NCBI GenBank assembly: GCA_049419605.1
Contig: JBMSKF010000003.1
Span: 14,750 to 78,749, forward strand
DNA: 64,000 nt
Source of the DNA: Bacilli bacterium
GTDB lineage: Bacteria > Bacillota_I > Bacilli_A > RFN20 > CAG-826
Reading direction: 5' to 3'
The position numbers and the translations under genes are program-made. The notes beneath the pieces are model-generated. The model was given only the letters and a program-made list of their open reading frames with translations, had not been told where the DNA came from and made no database searches. Shown one piece after another: positions 58,021-64,000 of the stretch (position 1 is the first letter of the stretch; every line of letters starts with the position of its first letter).

Positions 58021-59208
58021 ATGAAATTTAAACGAATTTTTGTGATTGTAATGGATTCTGTTGGGATTGGAGCATTACCCGATGCTGATCGGTTTGGGGA
58101 TGTTGGTACCAATACTTTTTTACATACAGCTCAACGTTGTGGTGGACTCAAGATTCCTCACTTAGAATCCCTTGGATTAGCGGATTTATCGCCTATCCTT
58201 GGAGTCAAAAAGGTCAACCATCCTCAAAGTTTTATCACCACCATGCGTGAAGTTTCAGCAGGCAAGGACACCATGACAGGTCATTGGGAATTAATGGGGT
58301 TAGAAACAAAAAAACCATTTAAGACATTTACGGATACTGGTTTTCCAAAAGCATTAATCGAAGAACTCGCTCAAAAATCTGGGCATCAATTTATTGGAAA
58401 TGTTTCTGCAAGTGGCACTGAAATTATTAAACAATTAGGTGAAGAACATTTAAAAACTAAGAAAATTATCCTTTATACCTCTGCTGATAGTGTTCTACAA
58501 TTAGCTGCGCATGAAGCGGTAATTCCTTTAGAGGAACTTTACCGAGTCTGTGAGATTGCTCGCGAGATATGTATGAAACCCGAATATCTATTGGGAAGAA
58601 TCATTGCCCGTCCATTTGTTGGCGAAGACGCTAGTCATTTTAAGAGAACTTCAAATCGGCATGATTATGCCTTATCGCCAGGAGTAGCGACGACGTTAGA
58701 TGTTTTAAATCAAGCAGGTTTTACTACGAGTTGCATTGGCAAAATAAACGATATTTTTAACGGTCAAGGTGTCAATCGCACCCAAAAAACGATTTCCAAT
58801 GTTGATGGTATGGAAAAGACTATCGCTGAAACGAAAATTTCATTCCAAGGTTTAGCGTTTATCAACCTTGTGGAATTTGATTCAGAATTTGGTCATCGTC
58901 GAGACCCATTAGGCTATGGCAAAGCAATCGAACAATTTGATCAACAATTAGGTAAACTTTTACCTTTGATTCAAAAGGATGATTTATTAGTGATAACCGC
59001 CGATCACGGTAACGATCCAACCCATACTGGTACTGATCACACCCGCGAACGAGTTCCCTTAATCATGTACAGCCCACAATTTCATCAAGGAAGACACCTA
59101 GTAGAACGATCAACCTTTGCAGATTTATCAAGCACGATTTTAAAGAACTTTAACCTTCAACAACCCAACCATCACCTCGGAACGCCTATAAACGAAATCC
59201 TAAATTAG
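58021..59208 (+). CDS. deoB: phosphopentomutase
   Basis: MKFKRIFVIVMDSVGIG and ITADHGNDPT. Start trimmed from 57946 to ATG 58021. Confidence 0.93.
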   Translation: MKFKRIFVIVMDSVGIGALPDADRFGDVGTNTFLHTAQRCGGLKIPHLESLGLADLSPILGVKKVNHPQSFITTMREVSAGKDTMTGHWELMGLETKKPFKTFTDTGFPKALIEELAQKSGHQFIGNVSASGTEIIKQLGEEHLKTKKIILYTSADSVLQLAAHEAVIPLEELYRVCEIAREICMKPEYLLGRIIARPFVGEDASHFKRTSNRHDYALSPGVATTLDVLNQAGFTTSCIGKINDIFNGQGVNRTQKTISNVDGMEKTIAETKISFQGLAFINLVEFDSEFGHRRDPLGYGKAIEQFDQQLGKLLPLIQKDDLLVITADHGNDPTHTGTDHTRERVPLIMYSPQFHQGRHLVERSTFADLSSTILKNFNLQQPNHHLGTPINEILN

Positions 59209-59326
59209 TAGTTATTTAGTAGTTAATCCATGTGGATAAGTGGGCAAATCAACCTTTGAGACTTTGATCATTCAGAGTCAAATGGTAATGGATTATTGCG
59301 ATAATAAAAAGCAATAATGATTACTT

Positions 59327-59354
59327 GGTTAACATAATAGACATTATACGAAGT
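59327..59354 (-). other. candidate dif (Xer recombination) site
   Basis: Minus-strand read: ACTTCGTATAA-TGTCTA-TTATGTTAACC. It matches B. subtilis dif (ACTTCCTAGAA-TATATA-TTATGTAAACT) at 9/11 in each arm. It matches the E. coli XerD arm at 9/11 and the E. coli central region at 5/6. Confidence 0.6.
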
Positions 59355-59373
59355 AGAGTGTTTTGTGAATCGA

Positions 59374-59712
59374 CTAACTTTTGACTTGGTGTTCTAGGAT
59401 ATCGTCCAAGTTCATCTTCTCACGTTGAACAGGATCAAAGAGATGGACCACAACATCATATAGGTCCATGACCATCCATCCTGATTCTGGTTTCCCTTCA
59501 ATGTGATGAATTTTGTATTTTGGGTGATGAATAAAATCTTTACGGAGTTGATTAATAATCGCATCCAATTTTCTAAAATTATTTGCCGAGGCAATGACCA
59601 CTACATCTGTCAAGGGTGACCTACCTTTAACATCATAAGTTTTGATGTTTTCTGCTTGCTTGTCTTCGAGGATAGAAAGGACGATATTTTTTAATGATTT
59701 ATTTGCCATCAT
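59374..59712 (-). CDS. rsfS: ribosome silencing factor RsfS (iojap)
   Basis: 112 aa. DVVVIASA...GWMVMDLYDVVVHLF. Confidence 0.9.
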   Translation of the reverse strand: MMANKSLKNIVLSILEDKQAENIKTYDVKGRSPLTDVVVIASANNFRKLDAIINQLRKDFIHHPKYKIHHIEGKPESGWMVMDLYDVVVHLFDPVQREKMNLDDILEHQVKS

Positions 59713-60796
59713 GTTCTCCTAAATAATAGGCCATACATTCTTTGACTAATGGGTTTGTGATTTTATGTTTCTTTTTCTTCAAATGGAGGAGGTTTTCTTT
59801 GAGGACTAATAAGAATCCTTCATGATATTGTTTTTTACAAGCTTCAATTAAACTACTCGAATCATAACCTCGGGTCGGTTCAATTTTATCTGCAGCGTAG
59901 ACAATTTGTGCTAGGGGTCCCATTTGTGCTTTTCCCGTGGTGTGATAGCGAATAGCTTCAAGAATGCCATCCTGTTTGATGTTAAATTCTTGCCGTGCAA
60001 GGATGGCACCCACAAATTGGTGGAGCGCATAATTTTCAACCGGTTGATTTACGGTATCATATTCATCTAATAATGATCTTGCCTCTTCTTCATCCATGTC
60101 TTTTGCGATGTCATGAAGAATTGCGGCTAAAAAAGCATCGGTTGGAGATTGCTGGTTTGATAAGGCGATTTGGTAAGCTAACGTCGCAGTTGAATAGACA
60201 TGGTCAAAACGTTTAGGTTGGTAAAATGCTTTTAATTTAGGTACAAAATATAACTGATGTTCAAAAATATATTCAATCACAGGAAGCGGTGTTGATAAGG
60301 ATTCTAAATTACGAATGTTCGTTGAAGACACTTGATATAAAGGTCCTGACATTTTTTGAATGTGATAACGTTGCCAATTTGGATGATCTAATGAAGAACC
60401 AGGTCGAGGATAGGCAATCAGTTGCACTAAAGATTTAAATTTATCTGCGTCTTTCCATTTATGGAACTGTTCGACTTGATCACCGCCAATAAGGTAAAAC
60501 AATTGATCATTTGGATACAGCTGTTTGAAATATTGCACCGTATGAATTGTAAAATTGATGACAGCATCTTTTTCAACTTCATAAAGCGATAATTGAAAAG
60601 AGGGTTCATCTGCAATGGCGAGCTTGACCATATTGATGCGATCCAAAATGTTAGTTGTAATGTTTTTCCACCTTGGATTCTTGGTAATAATAAGTGTGAC
60701 TTCATCTGCACGAATATGTTGTTGTGCAGCTTTTAACATCGCTAGATGACCATGATGGATGGGATCAAAAGGGGATCCGTATAGTAATCGAATCAT
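59699..60796 (-). CDS. nadD: fusion of nicotinate-nucleotide adenylyltransferase NadD and a YqeK HD-domain hydrolase
   Basis: 365 aa. N-terminal YGSPFDPIHHGHL nucleotidyltransferase. C-terminal HD domain (AAILHDIAK...YHTTG). Confidence 0.88.
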   Translation of the reverse strand: MIRLLYGSPFDPIHHGHLAMLKAAQQHIRADEVTLIITKNPRWKNITTNILDRINMVKLAIADEPSFQLSLYEVEKDAVINFTIHTVQYFKQLYPNDQLFYLIGGDQVEQFHKWKDADKFKSLVQLIAYPRPGSSLDHPNWQRYHIQKMSGPLYQVSSTNIRNLESLSTPLPVIEYIFEHQLYFVPKLKAFYQPKRFDHVYSTATLAYQIALSNQQSPTDAFLAAILHDIAKDMDEEEARSLLDEYDTVNQPVENYALHQFVGAILARQEFNIKQDGILEAIRYHTTGKAQMGPLAQIVYAADKIEPTRGYDSSSLIEACKKQYHEGFLLVLKENLLHLKKKKHKITNPLVKECMAYYLGEHDGK

Positions 60797-61083
60797 GCGG
60801 GTAATTGAATCCTTGGATTCTTCGGATTGGCCCGATAAAGTATCACGCGATGACCAATGGTCTGAACTAGTTCAGCTTTGAGGGTTTTCACAAGGGTGGG
60901 TAAAAATTGTTCTGCTCCTTCTAACGATGATTTTAAAACATGAATTTTAATTAATTCTTGCTTGGTTAATGCCAAATCTAACATTTGAATCAATTCAGGA
61001 TGAATCGCATCTTTTCCCACTTGGTATTTGGTCGGTAACGTTTGGGCCATTTTTCTTAAAAACAATCTTTGTTTATTGGTCAT
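60793..61083 (-). CDS. yhbY: YhbY/YqeI CRM-domain RNA-binding protein
   Basis: 96 aa. KQRLFLRKMAQ...QVGKDAI...ELIKIHVL. Confidence 0.88.
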   Translation of the reverse strand: MTNKQRLFLRKMAQTLPTKYQVGKDAIHPELIQMLDLALTKQELIKIHVLKSSLEGAEQFLPTLVKTLKAELVQTIGHRVILYRANPKNPRIQLPA

Positions 61084-62219
61084 GATGATTGCACCTTACT
61101 TGGTAATAGTTTCGCCATGACACCTTTTGGCATCAATAAACGAACCGTTTGACCTTCTGCAACAAAACTTAACCATCCATATCCAGAAATTGCAAGATCT
61201 GCTCGACCTTTGTTCGGTAGGGTAAATTCGACTAAAGAAAAGTCATTTTTTGTTAAAAATTGTTTTGAGATTGGCTTTAATTGATGCTTTTCAATCATTT
61301 TGAAAAAGGATTCATCCGCTTTTTCAATCGCCATTTTTTGATAGGTTACGGTATTAGCAAAATAACCATAAACAAATTGTTTTTTACCACTCAAGATTTC
61401 TAAGCGTGAGAGCCCACCAATCGCCAAAGCATCTTTTGCACCGAGACGATAACCCACCGGTTTAATTTCTACTTTTGGCATCATTGCTTTGATTACTTCT
61501 TTTTCTACTTTCGCTAACATCGAATGATTTGCGACATATCCCGGGGTATCATAAATAGTTTGCGTTTCATTTAAGGGAATTTCAATGACTCTGAGTGTTG
61601 TGCCTGGAAATGGTGATGTAGTAATGAGCTTTTTAGTTTGATTGGAAAAATGTTTAAGATAAGTGTTAATTAAACTTGATTTGCCAGAACTCGTCGCGCC
61701 AATCACATAAAGGTCTTTTCCTTGATTGTCTTCTGCAATCATCGCCTTAATTTCATCCAATGCTTCATTGGTTTTGCTGGAAGCGATAATAATTTTAACG
61801 TAATCCATATGCATGCTTTTAAAGAAATTTTCAATATAAGTCATGAGTTTTTTTTGGTTTAAAGTCTTAGGAAGTAAATCTCTTTTGGTCGCAATAAAAT
61901 AAACTTTTAATCCCTTCACGGCATCTAATAATTCTGCAGATAAGGTCGTTTCAAAGTTAAGAATATCTAAAACCCAAATGATACTCGCTTGATCCTTTTT
62001 AGCTTTGGCGAGTATTTGGTAAAATTCGTCAAAAAGAAAGGATTCTTTAGGGGCAATATCCTCGCCATAATGTTGTAATTTAAAGCAACGCTGACAAAGG
62101 ACAACTTCGTGCCGATCGACATGTTTAACAGGTACGTATCCCGGTAATTGCTGATCAAGTGTTTGAAGGATAACGCCACAACCTGGGCAACGGCGAATAA
62201 TTTTCATTTCATTCATCAT
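61080..62219 (-). CDS. yqeH: ribosome biogenesis GTPase YqeH
   Basis: 379 aa. N-terminal Zn knuckle CPGCG...CQRCF, circularly permuted GTPase (TKRDLL, GATSSGKSSLIN). Confidence 0.9.
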   Translation of the reverse strand: MMNEMKIIRRCPGCGVILQTLDQQLPGYVPVKHVDRHEVVLCQRCFKLQHYGEDIAPKESFLFDEFYQILAKAKKDQASIIWVLDILNFETTLSAELLDAVKGLKVYFIATKRDLLPKTLNQKKLMTYIENFFKSMHMDYVKIIIASSKTNEALDEIKAMIAEDNQGKDLYVIGATSSGKSSLINTYLKHFSNQTKKLITTSPFPGTTLRVIEIPLNETQTIYDTPGYVANHSMLAKVEKEVIKAMMPKVEIKPVGYRLGAKDALAIGGLSRLEILSGKKQFVYGYFANTVTYQKMAIEKADESFFKMIEKHQLKPISKQFLTKNDFSLVEFTLPNKGRADLAISGYGWLSFVAEGQTVRLLMPKGVMAKLLPSKVQSS

Positions 62220-62749
62220 TGTTCCCTCCAGTGGTGAAAGCGATGTTGACGTCGGTAGCGCTTTTTAATCCAAAATTCAATGAATCGATTTGGTTTTGTT
62301 GGCCAATGATCATAAGAGACTAGTTTTTCAACAAATAGACTTTTCATGCCGAAACGATTCGCCATCCAGACATCGGTCAATAACTGATCACCAATCACCA
62401 TCACCTTATCTTTAGCATAACCCTTTTTTGCTAAAAACATAAGGAGTTTATTACGAAAAGGTTTACCAGTTTTCGCTAAATAGGCAACATCGACAGCCTC
62501 AGCAAAAGGCTGCACTCGAGCCTCTTCATTATTTGAAATGATAAAAAACTCTAATCCTGCATTTTTCATCTTTTTGATCCAATTTAAGATTGATTTTCTT
62601 GGTTTAAGTTCATCATAGGGAGCTAACGTATTATCCAAATCACAACATAAAACCTTAATTCCTTGATTGAGGAAAAATGATGCAGTCACCCCCGTTAATT
62701 TCGGTGCGTAAAAGGTAGGCTGCCAAGGTGATTGTGGTTTACCTTTCAT
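62216..62749 (-). CDS. yqeG: YqeG-family HAD phosphatase
   Basis: 177 aa. CCDLDNTL and IGDQLLTD. Confidence 0.88.
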   Translation of the reverse strand: MKGKPQSPWQPTFYAPKLTGVTASFFLNQGIKVLCCDLDNTLAPYDELKPRKSILNWIKKMKNAGLEFFIISNNEEARVQPFAEAVDVAYLAKTGKPFRNKLLMFLAKKGYAKDKVMVIGDQLLTDVWMANRFGMKSLFVEKLVSYDHWPTKPNRFIEFWIKKRYRRQHRFHHWREQ

Positions 62750-64000
62750 TATTTCTTTTCATCAAAAAGGGAAACTTTTTCTATCTTGTCTCCATTTTCT
62801 AAATTGACTTTAGGTAAGGCAACGGTTTTAAATTGGGCATCAATGCGACTAATGGCATCATGATAGACCCCAACGACATCAGTACCTTTGGGCATAGAAA
62901 TATTCTTTTTGGCATACTTGTCAGTCGGTGTAGGTGCATAATCATTGGTTTCTAAGTTCACTAATTCTTTGTTGGAAAGGAGTAACGTCACTTTTAAAAA
63001 CTCATCTTGCTTGTTGAGTTTACGCCAATAAACAAGTTGATGAGGTTCAGATTTGAAACTTTGGAAAATATATTGAACTTTGCCTAATCGTGCCGTGAGG
63101 TCGACATAACTAATATCAAAAATTCTAAAATTACCTTGACGGGTAAACATGACAATTTTACCTCGTTCTTCTGGTTGATAAACGAGTAATTTTGCTAAAC
63201 GATCTTTACCTAATAAAGATGAAATCGCTTTGATACCACCGGCTTTTACACCGACAGCGTTGACATCCTTTTCAGAAAAATAAGTAACATTACCTTCTAA
63301 AGTTGCAATTAAGAGTTGACCTTGACCATTGGTGATATCGACGTCGACAACTGTATCATCACCCATTAATCGCATACAGGTTAAGGGTTTACTATAACGT
63401 TGAACCATAAATTCAGATAAAGGTGTTTTCTTCAACTGACCATTGCGGGTGATCATAACCACAAAAGCGTCAGGCTTAAAATCGGATACAATCAAAGCTT
63501 TAATTAATTTTTCTTCTGGACCTAAATTAACGAGGTAATTAATGTGTTTACCTTCATCTTTCCATTTAGTTTCTTGTAATTCATGAATTGGAATAAATAA
63601 ATAATTCCCTAATTGTGTGAACACCAAGACATAATCGAGCGTTGTCGCTGGCCCCACGCCAACCAATAAATCAGCCTCTTTGATGCCAGGCCAGACCCCT
63701 TCTGAACTCTTATAAGATTTAAGGGGTGATCGTTTAATATATCCATCTCGCGTAACCGAAATATAAACATCTTCTTTGGCAATCAAATCCCGTTTATCAA
63801 TTTGCAATGATTCTTTAGGTTCAGTAACGATTTTCGTTAATCGATTTTGTCCGTATTGCGTTGCAATTAATTTTAAATCTTTAATGAGTTTTTTATTCAA
63901 TATTTCGCGATCATCAAGTATTTCTTTGAGTTCTTTAATGGTAGATTTTAATTGCTTTTCTTCTTCTTTAAGCGTGGTGACATCGGTATTCGTTAAGCGA
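62749..64000 (-). CDS. parC: DNA topoisomerase IV subunit A (ParC), C-terminal part; N-terminus lies beyond the window
   Basis: The frame stays open upstream of the track's TTG 63900 to the window edge (RLTNTDVTTLKEEEKQLKSTIKELKEILDDREILNKKLIKDL...). Beta-pinwheel CTD without a GyrA box (no QRRGGKG), so ParC rather than GyrA. Confidence 0.75.
   Translation of the reverse strand, partial: RLTNTDVTTLKEEEKQLKSTIKELKEILDDREILNKKLIKDLKLIATQYGQNRLTKIVTEPKESLQIDKRDLIAKEDVYISVTRDGYIKRSPLKSYKSSEGVWPGIKEADLLVGVGPATTLDYVLVFTQLGNYLFIPIHELQETKWKDEGKHINYLVNLGPEEKLIKALIVSDFKPDAFVVMITRNGQLKKTPLSEFMVQRYSKPLTCMRLMGDDTVVDVDITNGQGQLLIATLEGNVTYFSEKDVNAVGVKAGGIKAISSLLGKDRLAKLLVYQPEERGKIVMFTRQGNFRIFDISYVDLTARLGKVQYIFQSFKSEPHQLVYWRKLNKQDEFLKVTLLLSNKELVNLETNDYAPTPTDKYAKKNISMPKGTDVVGVYHDAISRIDAQFKTVALPKVNLENGDKIEKVSLFDEKK

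Noticed and set aside
59231-59239. Perfect DnaA box (TGTGGATAA, the reverse of TTATCCACA) in the deoB/rsfS gap, considered as a possible origin
   Set aside because: It is a single 9-mer, and about one is expected by chance in 128 kb of two-strand AT-rich sequence. There is no cluster, no adjacent dnaA or dnaN, and the genes converge here. Convergence with a dif-like site points to a terminus, not oriC.
59292-59318. 8-bp AT-rich hairpin ATTATTGC-N11-GCAATAAT in the convergent gap, considered as a bidirectional terminator
   Set aside because: The stem is weak and AT-rich, the loop is large, and no U-tract flanks it on either strand. It cannot be told apart from chance in AT-rich DNA.
1-64000. 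CRISPR arrays, IS elements, prophage genes, rRNA operons, large repeats
   Set aside because: I saw no spaced direct-repeat arrays, no transposase or integrase other than the Xer recombinase, no phage structural genes, and no long duplicated segments. The only recurring sequence blocks are the three T-box cores and the CIRCE half-sites.

Overview
This 64-kb window comes from a low-GC, Bacillota-type chromosome that reads with the standard genetic code (full-length proteins end at TGA, and Trp is TGG). It is almost entirely core housekeeping: about 57 CDS and 1 tRNA. The genes fall in blocks syntenic with Bacillus subtilis: 5'-3' exonuclease-dnaE-nrnA-ackA (minus strand); glgB-glgP-dUTPase-M42-DUF45-trmH; Tbox-pheST; mraZ-rsmH-(2 small membrane ORFs)-ftsA-ftsZ; Tbox-ileS-lspA-rluD; rnhC; mutS2-uvrC; tRNA-Arg; hypothetical-tig-lon-engB; Tbox-valS; sORF-radC; rplU-prp-rpmA; GT2-obg; sORF-ruvAB; secDF-like; relA-hisS-aspS-tkt; asp23-nusB-xseAB; xerD-deoB; then, convergently, rsfS-nadD/yqeK-yhbY-yqeH-yqeG-parC. 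The dcw cluster has no peptidoglycan genes. With the standard code, this suggests a wall-less Acholeplasma-like Mollicute or close relative; that placement is an inference. I saw no mobile elements, CRISPR arrays, prophage or defence islands, and no convincing multi-gene novel system. The items most worth follow-up are listed here. (1) A 58-aa ORF missing from the ORF track has a strong SD and a textbook double-glycine leader, and overlaps the start of radC, a JAB peptidase of unknown function. (2) A dif-like 28-mer lies in the convergent gap just downstream of xerD-deoB, so this is probably the replication terminus. (3) At least eight genes share an extended -10 followed by ATG within 6-9 nt, which suggests leaderless mRNAs. 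(4) Two CIRCE operators bracket the lon promoter, and MraZ boxes sit at the mraZ promoter. (5) Further small membrane ORFs sit in the dcw cluster and upstream of ruvA. (6) HisRS carries a His-rich C-terminal tail. Several ORF-track starts use upstream TTG/GTG codons, and I trimmed those to better-supported starts.
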